Source: Miltoncostaeaceae bacterium | Lineage (GTDB): Bacteria; Actinomycetota; Thermoleophilia; Miltoncostaeales; Miltoncostaeaceae | NCBI GenBank assembly: GCA_044233875.1 | Contig: JBIIJJ010000001.1 | Coordinates: 1 to 50,240 of the forward strand | Direction: 5' to 3' | DNA: 50,240 nucleotides | In this document: positions 42,716-50,240 of the stretch, one piece after another | Layout of the letters: each line of letters begins with the position of its first letter | Numbering within the stretch: the stretch's first letter is position 1 | Notes under the pieces: generated by a model | Databases searched by the model: none | The model's input: only the letters and a program-made list of their open reading frames with translations | Told to the model about the DNA's origin: nothing | Made by a program: the position numbers and the translations under genes

Positions 42716-43183
42716 TCAGCCGCCGGGCGGCAACGCGCCCTCCACCTCCAGCATGCGGCGCTTTGCAGCCGGGCCGCCGGCCGAGTACCGGCCAAGCCGC
42801 CCGCCGGCCCCCACCACCCGATGGCACGGGATCACCAGCGGCAGCGGATTGGCCGCCATGGCCGACCCCGCCGCGCGCGCCGCGCGGGGGCTGCCGGCCC
42901 GCGCGGCCAGCTCGCCGTAGGTGACGACCTCGCCGCTGGGGATGAGGTGACAGGCACGCAGCGCCCGACCCCGGAATCCCCCGGGCAGCCGGGACCAGTC
43001 GGGGGACACGGGAATGTCACCGGGTGCCCCACTGGTCACACGCGTGGCACCGGCGGCTCGGGCACGGCCCTCTGCCTCGCGGCGCGTGCGTGCGCTTGCG
43101 ACGAGCCCGTCGTCGCCCCAGGCCATCCACCAGTCGCCGTGCCCGGTCGGCACGCGCGCCACCTGCGCCACCCATGCGGCCAT
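42716..43183 (-). CDS. ogt: Methylated-DNA--protein-cysteine methyltransferase
   Basis: VIPCHRVV active site and the YGELA helix. Confidence 0.85.
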   Translation of the reverse strand: MAAWVAQVARVPTGHGDWWMAWGDDGLVASARTRREAEGRARAAGATRVTSGAPGDIPVSPDWSRLPGGFRGRALRACHLIPSGEVVTYGELAARAGSPRAARAAGSAMAANPLPLVIPCHRVVGAGGRLGRYSAGGPAAKRRMLEVEGALPPGG

Positions 43184-43197
43184 GCCACCATGCTGGC

Positions 43198-43632
43198 ATG
43201 AGCACCGGCACCGGAGACCTCCTCAACCCGCCAGAGATCACGCACTGCTTCGTGTGCGGATCCGACAACCCATCGGGCCTCGGCCTGCACGTGTACCGCG
43301 ACGGCACCGACGCCGTGGCCACGTGGCAGCCGGACGAACGCTTCCAGGGCTGGGCTGATCGCCTGCACGGGGGAATCATCGGCCTGCTGGTGGACGAGAT
43401 GCTCGTGTACGCCGGCGCGCCGCACGACCTCTGGGGAATGACCGCAAAGGTGCGCTACTGGCTGCGCAAGCCGGTGCCGCTCGAGGGCGTGGAGCTCACC
43501 CTGCGGGGGCGCCTGGTGCAGAAGAGCGGCCGGGGCTTCCGCGCCGTGGTGAGCGTGCACTCGGGCGATGTGCTGGTGGCCGAGGGCGAGGGCATGTGCG
43601 TGCTCAGGGACGATTCACCCCGCCCGGAGTAG
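43198..43632 (+). CDS. PaaI-family hotdog thioesterase
   Basis: ATG 43198 in frame with the track ORF. CFVCGSDNPSGLGL and HGG..GLLVDE motifs. Confidence 0.7.
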   Translation: MSTGTGDLLNPPEITHCFVCGSDNPSGLGLHVYRDGTDAVATWQPDERFQGWADRLHGGIIGLLVDEMLVYAGAPHDLWGMTAKVRYWLRKPVPLEGVELTLRGRLVQKSGRGFRAVVSVHSGDVLVAEGEGMCVLRDDSPRPE

Positions 43633-43684
43633 CCCCGCGGCGATAAGGTGCCCCGGCCCGCACCCCGACCGGAGGAACCACCGC

Positions 43685-44524
43685 ATGACGCTGATCCGCC
43701 TGGGTCACAGCCCGGACCCCGACGACGCGTTCATGTTCTACGCGCTGGCCAAGGACCTCATCCCCACCGGGGAGTTCGAGTTCGAGCACCTGCTCCGGGA
43801 CATCGAGACGCTCAACCGCTGGGCGATGGAGGGCCGGCTCGAGGTGTCGGCCATCTCGATTCACGCGTACTCCACGGTGGCCGACAAGTACCGCCTCCTC
43901 CCCCACGGCGCGTCGATGGGCGAGCAGTACGGCCCCATGGTGGTGGCGCGCGAAGAGGTTGACCCCACCGACCTGCCCCGCATGAAGGTGGCCATCCCCG
44001 GCACGCTCACCAGCGCGTTCCTCGAGCTGCAGCTGGCCGCCGGCCGCATCGACGACCCGCTCATCGTGCCCTTCGACCAGATCCTCGACGTGGTGGCCGA
44101 CGGCACCGCCGACGCCGGCCTGGTGATTCACGAGGGCCAGCTCACGTATGAGTCGCAGGGCCTCGTGAACGTGCTCGACCTCGGCACCTGGTGGCACGAG
44201 CTCACCGGCGGCCTGCCCCTGCCGCTCGGCGGCAACGTGGTGCGCCGCGACCTCGGCGAGCAGTCCATGGTGGATCTGTCGCACATCCTGCGCGAGAGCA
44301 TCCGCTTCAGCCTCGAGCACCGCACCGACGCCCTCGCGTACGCGGCCGAATACGGCCGCGGCCTCGACGACGACCTCAACGACCGCTTCGTGGGCATGTA
44401 CGTGAACGACCGCACCCTCGACTACGGCGAGGATGGCCGGGAGGCCGTGCGCGAACTGCTGCGCCGCGGCGTGGAGGCGGGGCTGATCGACCACGAGGTG
44501 CCCGTCGACTTCGTCGAGGATTGA
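43685..44524 (+). CDS. MqnA/MqnD-family (futalosine-pathway) protein, MqnD-like
   Basis: ATG 43685. LGHSPDPDDAFMFYAL parallels the MqnD N-terminal GxSPCPNDTFxFYAL motif. Confidence 0.6.
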   Translation: MTLIRLGHSPDPDDAFMFYALAKDLIPTGEFEFEHLLRDIETLNRWAMEGRLEVSAISIHAYSTVADKYRLLPHGASMGEQYGPMVVAREEVDPTDLPRMKVAIPGTLTSAFLELQLAAGRIDDPLIVPFDQILDVVADGTADAGLVIHEGQLTYESQGLVNVLDLGTWWHELTGGLPLPLGGNVVRRDLGEQSMVDLSHILRESIRFSLEHRTDALAYAAEYGRGLDDDLNDRFVGMYVNDRTLDYGEDGREAVRELLRRGVEAGLIDHEVPVDFVED

Positions 44525-44528
44525 CGCC

Positions 44529-44960
44529 GTGCCCGAGCGGGACTGGCATGCGGAGATCGACGCCTGGACCGAGCGGTTCCGGCACATCCCCGACCCGCCG
44601 GCGGCGTTCCGGGCCGCGATCCGCGATGGCTGGGACCCCGACGCCAAGGATGCCCTGGCGCGCGAGGCCGCCGAGTACGCGGCGCGCCACGAGGGCTGGG
44701 TCGCGCAGATCAGCGCATCCGGGTGGGACCTCGTGCGCCTCGACACCCGCGGAGAGGAGTGCGGGGCATGCGCCCGCTACTCGGGCTCGCCCTACTCGCT
44801 GCGCGGTGAGGTGCCCGGGGTGCCACCGCCCCCGCCCCTGCCCATCTGCCCGGCCTGCCGGCACACCCTCAACCTCATGACGCCGTTCTACATGCAGAGC
44901 GTGGGCCTCGATGCCGGCGACCTCGTGCGCGACGCCGTCCCCTACGAGCCGATTGACTGA
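44529..44960 (+). CDS. Hypothetical protein with CxxC...CxxC motif
   Basis: Track ORF of 143 aa with a GTG start and high GC3. CGAC ... a PPPPP run ... CPAC. Confidence 0.5.
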   Translation: MPERDWHAEIDAWTERFRHIPDPPAAFRAAIRDGWDPDAKDALAREAAEYAARHEGWVAQISASGWDLVRLDTRGEECGACARYSGSPYSLRGEVPGVPPPPPLPICPACRHTLNLMTPFYMQSVGLDAGDLVRDAVPYEPID

Positions 44961-44961
44961 C

Positions 44962-45702
44962 ATGACCACGAACGAACCCGGTCCCCTCACCTTCACCGAG
45001 CTCCTCTCGCGCGCATGGGGCATGTACCGCCGTGAGCCGTGGCTGTTCCTGCTGCTCACCGCTGTCACCGTGGTTCCCGTGGGAATCCTCTCGGCCATCG
45101 CGGGAAGCGCCGCGTCGGGCACGGGGGATGTCGGACGTGCCCTGGCGATCCTGGGCATCGCACTCATCCCCGCCGTGCTCCTCATTCCCGTGAGCGGCGC
45201 CGCGGTGGCCATCGCCACCGTTCGCAGGCTCGATGGCGAGAAGATCGGGGCGGGCGCGGTGCTCGAGCGCGTGGGCCTGCGCTTCTGGATCCTCTTCGCC
45301 GCCCTGGTGCTGGTGACGCTCGGGGTGATCGTGGGCCTCTTCGCCCTGGTGATCCCGGGAATATTCCTGGCGATCCTGTGGCTGTTCGCGGGCCCGGCCG
45401 TGGTGCTCGAGAACAAGGGCATCACCGATTCGCTGCGCCGCAGCCAGGACCTCGTGCGCGGGGCCTGGTGGACGGTTTTCCTCGCCTTCCTGCTCATCCA
45501 GGTGGTGACCGCCGTGGCGCAGCTGGCGCTCGGCATCGTGGGCGCGGCGATCCTCACGGCGCTCGACGGCACGGCCCTGGCATGGGGCGAGGGCATCTGG
45601 AGCACGCTCACCCAGTTACTGGTGCAGCCCTTCACGCTCATCGCCATCGCACTGCTGTACGCCGATCGCGTGCTGCGCGTGGACGGCCGCCTGCCCGACT
45701 GA
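44962..45702 (+). CDS. Integral membrane protein (DUF975/GDPD-membrane-domain-like)
   Basis: ATG 44962 lies 2 nt after the upstream stop. About six TMs. The family guess is weak. Confidence 0.5.
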   Translation: MTTNEPGPLTFTELLSRAWGMYRREPWLFLLLTAVTVVPVGILSAIAGSAASGTGDVGRALAILGIALIPAVLLIPVSGAAVAIATVRRLDGEKIGAGAVLERVGLRFWILFAALVLVTLGVIVGLFALVIPGIFLAILWLFAGPAVVLENKGITDSLRRSQDLVRGAWWTVFLAFLLIQVVTAVAQLALGIVGAAILTALDGTALAWGEGIWSTLTQLLVQPFTLIAIALLYADRVLRVDGRLPD

Positions 45703-45947
45703 CCGGCGGCCGGTGGTTGCGGGGCGACATCCGGGTGCACCGGGGCGCCCGCACCGTGCAACCATGACATTCGCAGTGGGGGCGCACGCACGTCCTTAAC
45801 AATTGCCGATCGCCGCATGGGGACTGGTGATCCGGGGGCAGGCGGGGCCAAGCGGCAACATGTTCGCCGCCATACCTCAATGTGACCGTCACCGAGCGTT
45901 ACCGGGGACCTCAAAGGTCTCTTACAACCCCCTGAGAGGGTGACCTC

Positions 45948-46682
45948 ATGGCCACTCTCACACCACTTCCCACACTGCCATCCACCGGAAACGGCGAGAT
46001 CGCGCGTCCCGCGCTCAACCGCCTGGACCTGTTCGACGGCATTCCGCGGCGCGACCTCGACCTGCTCGACGCGCGCCTGCCCCTCGTGCGCTGGCCGCGC
46101 GAGGCCGACACGCCCGCGTCGCTCACGCGCGGGGACCACGTCTACATCGTGCGCCAGGGCCGCATCGCCCTGAGCGACATCACCCTGCAGGGCCAGGAGG
46201 TCACCACCACCATCGTCGAGCCGGGCGCCGTGTACTCGTCGCTCGGGCTGGAGTCGGCGGCACCGGCAATCGCCCTCGAGGCGAGCGCCGTCACGCCGCT
46301 GCCGGTACACGCCATCGAGGCACTCATCACCCGCTACCCGCGCTTCGGCGTGAACCTCGCCGTGGCGCTGACCGGGCGCCTGGCCAACCTGCGCCAGACC
46401 GTCGGCATCGTCTCGGAGATGCGCGTGGAGGACCGCCTGAGGCGGCGCCTGCACCAGATCGCCGAGCAGATCGGCACCGCTGCGCCCGAGGGGGTGCGCA
46501 TCGGGCTCGACCTCACGCATGCGCAGTGGGCATCGCTCATCGGCGCCTCGCGGGAGGCCGTGACCACCGCCTTCGGCAAGCTCAAGGCCTCCGGCGAGGT
46601 GGTGATGGAGGGACGCTCCATCACCATCCCGTGGGATGCCATGAATGCCGCAGACGATCCCACGCCCGCACTCGCGAGCTAG
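45948..46682 (+). CDS. Crp/Fnr family transcriptional regulator
   Basis: A cNMP-binding-like N-domain and the C-terminal HTH THAQWASLIGASREAVTTAFGKLK. Confidence 0.8.
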   Translation: MATLTPLPTLPSTGNGEIARPALNRLDLFDGIPRRDLDLLDARLPLVRWPREADTPASLTRGDHVYIVRQGRIALSDITLQGQEVTTTIVEPGAVYSSLGLESAAPAIALEASAVTPLPVHAIEALITRYPRFGVNLAVALTGRLANLRQTVGIVSEMRVEDRLRRRLHQIAEQIGTAAPEGVRIGLDLTHAQWASLIGASREAVTTAFGKLKASGEVVMEGRSITIPWDAMNAADDPTPALAS

Positions 46683-46751
46683 GGCGCCCTCGCCCGGGAG
46701 TGGTCCCAGCGGGACCGGCGATGCTCGCGCACGCCGGTCCCGCAGTGCATT

Positions 46752-47696
46752 ATGGGGTCGATGGGCACCGGAAGAACACCGTCAGGACGCCCCGCGCCGC
46801 GCAGGCGCGAGCCCCCGAGAAGGCGCCGCCGCAAGCAGCGCCGCGTGCCGCCGTTCGCCCTCGCCATCATCGCAATCGCCCTCGTGGTGGGCGTGGTGGC
46901 CCTCATCGCCCGGGGCGGCGACGACGGCACGGCGTCCACGGCGGCCACCGAGCCGGTGATTCCCGCCGTGAGCGAGGCCGACATCGCCGCTGCGGCCAAC
47001 CAGCTTGGCCCGCGCGACCAGGAACTTGTGAACATCGGCCAGACCGGCGTGAGCATCAACAAGGCCGGCGGCGCGCGCAAGTACGTGGCGCTCACCTTCG
47101 ATGACGGCCCGGGGCCCGACACCCCCGCGGTGCTGGCGGAGCTCAAGAAGGCCGGCGTTCCCGCAACCTTCTTCGTGATCGGCCGCAACGTGCAGGAGAA
47201 CCCCGAGGTGCTCAGGCAGATCGTGGCGGAGGGTCACGAGGTGGGCGTGCACACCTGGACCCACAAGGACATGACCACGCTGTCCGCCAAGGAGCAGAAG
47301 ACCGAGATCGACACCACGGCCGGGGAGATCGTGGGGGTCGTCGGCACGGCCAGCCGGCTGTTCCGGGCGCCCTACGGGGCCGTGAGCCCCGAGGTGCTCA
47401 AGCAGGCCGAGGACGCCAAGCTGCTGTCGGTGCTGTGGGATGTCGACACGGTCGACTGGACGCGACCGGGCACCGAGCAGATCGTGCAGACGACCGTGTC
47501 GAATGCCCAGCCGGGCTCGATCATCCTCCTGCATGACGGCGGTGGAGACCGCGCCACCACGGTGGCTGCCATCCCGCGCATCGTCAAGGAGCTGCGGGCC
47601 AAGGGCTACGAGTTCGCCACCGTGGGCGACCTGGTCATCTCCGACCCGCCGGGGCAGGACGACATGTCATCGGAGTCGCGCAGCACCCAGCAGTAG
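46752..47696 (+). CDS. Polysaccharide deacetylase (NodB homology) with N-terminal TM anchor
   Basis: TFDDGPGP, HTWTH and LLHDGGGD motifs. Arg-rich cytoplasmic N-terminus plus a TM. Confidence 0.85.
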   Translation: MGSMGTGRTPSGRPAPRRREPPRRRRRKQRRVPPFALAIIAIALVVGVVALIARGGDDGTASTAATEPVIPAVSEADIAAAANQLGPRDQELVNIGQTGVSINKAGGARKYVALTFDDGPGPDTPAVLAELKKAGVPATFFVIGRNVQENPEVLRQIVAEGHEVGVHTWTHKDMTTLSAKEQKTEIDTTAGEIVGVVGTASRLFRAPYGAVSPEVLKQAEDAKLLSVLWDVDTVDWTRPGTEQIVQTTVSNAQPGSIILLHDGGGDRATTVAAIPRIVKELRAKGYEFATVGDLVISDPPGQDDMSSESRSTQQ

Positions 47697-47709
47697 GGCG
47701 CGGCAGCCC

Positions 47710-48294
47710 CTACGCCACCGATGCCAGCCAGGCGTCCACGGCGTCGGCCCACCCCGCATCATCCTCCGCCCTCACCGCCGTGATGCCCAGCGACTGCGCG
47801 GCGTCGAGGTTGGCCTGCTGGTCGTCCACCACGATGACCCCTGAGGCAGGCAGGCCGTCGGCGAGCAGGGCCTGCCACGCGGACGGGTCGGGCTTGACGC
47901 GCCCCGTGAGGCTCGACACCTCGATGCGGTTCACCGCGCGCTCGAACCCGGACTCCGCGAGCACCGGCAGCAGCCATTCATGGCGGTGGTTCGACACCAC
48001 CCAGACATCCGCCACCTCACCCCATGCGGCCACCCTGGACGGATCGATGCGCGGGCGGAGGTCCAGCACCGCGCGTCGCCGCACGGCGTCGGGCACGGGC
48101 ACCCCAAGCTGCTCCCAGAATGCGGCCTCTGGCAGGTGCCCTCCCCAGTAGGCACGCCGGAAGGCATCGTCGGTGAGGAGAGTGCGCACCTCCTGCTCAT
48201 GCGCACCGGTGCGCTCGGCGGCGCGCGCCGGAAACGACGGCATGAGGGAATCGATGAGGACCCCTCCGGCATCCAGCCCCAGGCGAGGCCTCAG
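47710..48294 (-). CDS. HAD-superfamily hydrolase (YihX-like DxG variant); N-terminus reachable only from CTG
   Basis: The track ORF starts at ATG 48243. HAD motif I (LGLDAGGVLID) is encoded in frame upstream of that start. The only start-like codon there is CTG 48294, which overlaps the upstream TGA (CTGA). Confidence 0.55.
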   Translation of the reverse strand: MRPRLGLDAGGVLIDSLMPSFPARAAERTGAHEQEVRTLLTDDAFRRAYWGGHLPEAAFWEQLGVPVPDAVRRRAVLDLRPRIDPSRVAAWGEVADVWVVSNHRHEWLLPVLAESGFERAVNRIEVSSLTGRVKPDPSAWQALLADGLPASGVIVVDDQQANLDAAQSLGITAVRAEDDAGWADAVDAWLASVA

Positions 48295-48785
48295 GGCGCG
48301 GTGCCCCCGGCGGCGGACGCCTCATTGATGCGGCCCGCCTCGACCGCGGCGGCCGTCACCGCCTCCCGCATGGCCGCCACGTCGCCCGTCGTCGCCGCGC
48401 GCGCGGCGCGGGCGAGGTCGGATGCGAAGGCCACGTACAGGGGGCCGATCTTGCGGCGCTGGTCCTCGAGCCGCTGGTCCTCGAGCCGTGCCGCGGATAT
48501 CTGCCGTGCGGCGGCCTCGCTGCGCGCCGCGGCGGCGGAGAGGCCCGGGGCGGCGGTGCGCACCTGCTGCGGGGTGGGCCGGTCAGGCAGCGCATCGAGG
48601 CGAATGGCCGCGGCACGGGCGCTGGCCACGGCCTCACGCACCAGGGCCAGGTAGCGAGGAGGGCTCACGGTGGTGCCGGGCGCCACCTCCGCGGTGGGCA
48701 CGGGATCGGGCTCTCCCCCGCATCCCACGAGGGCAGCAGTGGAGAGCCCCGCCAGGGCGAGCGCGGTTACGAGCGCGCGGCGGAT
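48291..48785 (-). CDS. Helical lipoprotein; signal peptide reachable only from ATC
   Basis: The track ORF starts at GTG 48728 as MGCGGEP. The in-frame upstream sequence IRRALVTALALAGLSTAALVGC is a complete lipoprotein signal. Confidence 0.5.
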   Translation of the reverse strand: MRRALVTALALAGLSTAALVGCGGEPDPVPTAEVAPGTTVSPPRYLALVREAVASARAAAIRLDALPDRPTPQQVRTAAPGLSAAAARSEAAARQISAARLEDQRLEDQRRKIGPLYVAFASDLARAARAATTGDVAAMREAVTAAAVEAGRINEASAAGGTAP

Positions 48786-49216
48786 GGGATGCCCTCCAGC
48801 ACGTCGAGGAACTCATCGGTGGCGCTGCGCAGGCCGGGGCGCGACGGCGAATCGAGGATCGCGCGCATCTCCTGCATGCGGGCGAGCACGGGCCGCATCA
48901 ACTCGGCGAGGCGGGCCTGCTCGTCACGCAGCGCGGGGTCGCCCGGGCGAAGGGCGCGGAACTCGCGGAGCTCGCGCTCGGCGTCGCCCACCACGCCGTC
49001 CACCTCGATCGGCGACGGCTGGGCACCCGATGCATCGAGCGCCGAGGTGGCCAGCACTCCCATGCGCTCGGCGGGCGCCACGAGCTGGCGAACGCCCTCC
49101 ACGAATGCGGCAGGGGGAGTGGTGGGAACCGGCGCCTCACCGGTTCCCTGCCCGCAGCCCGCCACCACGAGGGCCGCGAGCGCAAGTGCACCTGCGGGTC
49201 GCGTGCGTCGCGTCAC
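48767..49216 (-). CDS. Helical lipoprotein
   Basis: Trimmed to GTG 49216: VTRRTRPAGALALAALVVAGCGQG (lipobox). Its architecture resembles the downstream lipoprotein. Confidence 0.55.
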   Translation of the reverse strand: MTRRTRPAGALALAALVVAGCGQGTGEAPVPTTPPAAFVEGVRQLVAPAERMGVLATSALDASGAQPSPIEVDGVVGDAERELREFRALRPGDPALRDEQARLAELMRPVLARMQEMRAILDSPSRPGLRSATDEFLDVLEGIPSAARS

Positions 49217-49301
49217 GCCGGGAACACTACGGGGCGCCGTGGCGGGTATCGGTACGGCAGGGCATCCGTAGACTGCGGCGCCCATCGACACGGAGACGCT
49301 C

Positions 49302-50240
49302 GTGACCCAACCGGCCTCGCCCGAGACCTGCATCGCCACCGTCCGCACGCTCGCGATCGACGCCGTGCAGAAGGCGAATTCCGGGCACCCCGGTGCCCCC
49401 ATGGGCCTGGCCCCCCTCGGCTGGGCCCTGTACTCGCAGCAGATGCGCCACGCACCCGGGGACCCCTCGTGGCCCAACCGCGACCGCTTCGTGCTGTCGG
49501 CCGGCCACGCATCGATGCTGCAGTACGCACTGCTGCATCTCTCCGGCTACGGGCTGTCGCTCGATGACCTCCGCGCATTCCGGCAGTGGGGCAGCCTCAC
49601 CCCCGGCCACCCCGAGCGCGGCCACGTGCCCGGCGTCGAGGTGACCACCGGGCCGCTCGGTCAGGGGCTCGGCAACTCGGTGGGCCTGGCGCTGGCCGAG
49701 GCCATGCTGGCCGCCGAGTTCAACAGGCCCGGTCACGAGGTGATCGACCACCGCACCTGGGTCATCGCCTCGGACGGTGACCTCATGGAGGGCATCTCGC
49801 ACGAGTCGTGCTCGTTCGCCGGGTTCCTCGGGCTGGGCAAGCTCATCGTGCTGTTCGACGACAACAGCATCAGCCTCGACGGCCCCACGGGGATGTCCAC
49901 GGGCGACGACGTGTCGAAGCGCTTCGACGCCTACGGCTGGCGCGTGCTCGAGGTGAGCGACGCCAATGACTTCCAGGCCATCAACGCCGTGCTCGACGAG
50001 GCACGGCAGTCCGACGGCCGACCCACCCTCGTGCGCTACCGGTCGCAGATCGGCTTCGGGGCCCCGGGCGTGCAGGGCACGAGCAAGGCGCACGGCGCAC
50101 CGCTGGGTCCGGAGCAGGCCGCGCTCGCGAAGAAGGCCTACGGGTGGCCCGAGGATGCCCAGTTCCTCGTGCCGGACGACGTGGCCGCATGGGCCGGCGA
50201 ACTGCGCGCCCGCGGCGAGCGCGACGTGGCCGCATGGAAC
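49302..50240 (+). CDS. tkt: Transketolase, N-terminal part (runs off window)
   Basis: Absent from the track because it is open at the edge. GTG 49302 follows GGAGA. RTLAIDAVQKANSGHPGAPMG and GDLMEG (ThDP-binding) motifs. Confidence 0.9.
   Translation, partial: MTQPASPETCIATVRTLAIDAVQKANSGHPGAPMGLAPLGWALYSQQMRHAPGDPSWPNRDRFVLSAGHASMLQYALLHLSGYGLSLDDLRAFRQWGSLTPGHPERGHVPGVEVTTGPLGQGLGNSVGLALAEAMLAAEFNRPGHEVIDHRTWVIASDGDLMEGISHESCSFAGFLGLGKLIVLFDDNSISLDGPTGMSTGDDVSKRFDAYGWRVLEVSDANDFQAINAVLDEARQSDGRPTLVRYRSQIGFGAPGVQGTSKAHGAPLGPEQAALAKKAYGWPEDAQFLVPDDVAAWAGELRARGERDVAAWN

Noticed and set aside
44376-46520. 714-aa minus-strand ORF
   Set aside because: It spans four well-supported plus-strand genes and the 245-bp non-coding leader. 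It is R/P/S/A-rich and has no domain signature.
1-50240. Scan by eye for CRISPR arrays, IS or transposase genes, integrases, prophage genes, rRNA and known defence or toxin-antitoxin modules
   Set aside because: I saw no regularly spaced repeats, no DDE or tyrosine-recombinase motifs and no phage structural genes. The only mobility-like signal is the tRNA remnant at 13426-13465.

Overview
This is a high-GC (about 70%) chromosomal window of actinobacterial type. The evidence for that is an SOS box of the TCGAAC-N4-GTTCGA type in front of lexA, a PAC2 gene, a long ICL2-type isocitrate lyase and heavy GTG start use. Coding is dense: about 65 CDS, many joined by GTGA/ATGA/TGATG/TAGTG start-stop overlaps. 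RNA genes are two tRNAs (CAU and Leu-GAG), one internally deleted tRNA copy and RNase P RNA. Most content is core metabolism and maintenance:
- orphan solute-binding lipoproteins;
- cysHDN sulfate activation;
- isocitrate lyase and the 5' end of transketolase;
- DNA repair genes (nth, a photolyase operon, lexA, ogt);
- a bcp/nitroreductase/rhodanese redox cluster;
- secG and an MqnD-like menaquinone gene.
I saw no CRISPR array, rRNA, transposase, integrase, phage gene or recognisable defence or toxin-antitoxin module. No single locus stands out as a clearly new multi-gene system. The stretches most worth follow-up are:
1. An orphan pair of Flp/TadE-like proteins with a shared N-terminal module, next to three small zinc-ribbon or coiled-coil ORFs (34.3-36.3 kb).
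2. A Trm112-like zinc-ribbon ORF coupled to a SAM methyltransferase, whose paralog sits divergent from a front-end-type desaturase.
3. A one-gene islet bracketed by tRNA-CAU and its decayed copy.
4. An 817-aa secreted Ig-repeat protein with an RTX-like tail, followed by a 5'-truncated orphan histidine kinase.
5. A basic FN3-like protein paired with an acidic J-like protein that lacks HPD.
6. Two genes whose functional N-termini have only non-canonical (ATC, CTG) starts.
All family names come from motif recognition by eye. No database search was run. The many long ORFs antisense to good genes are high-GC shadow frames.
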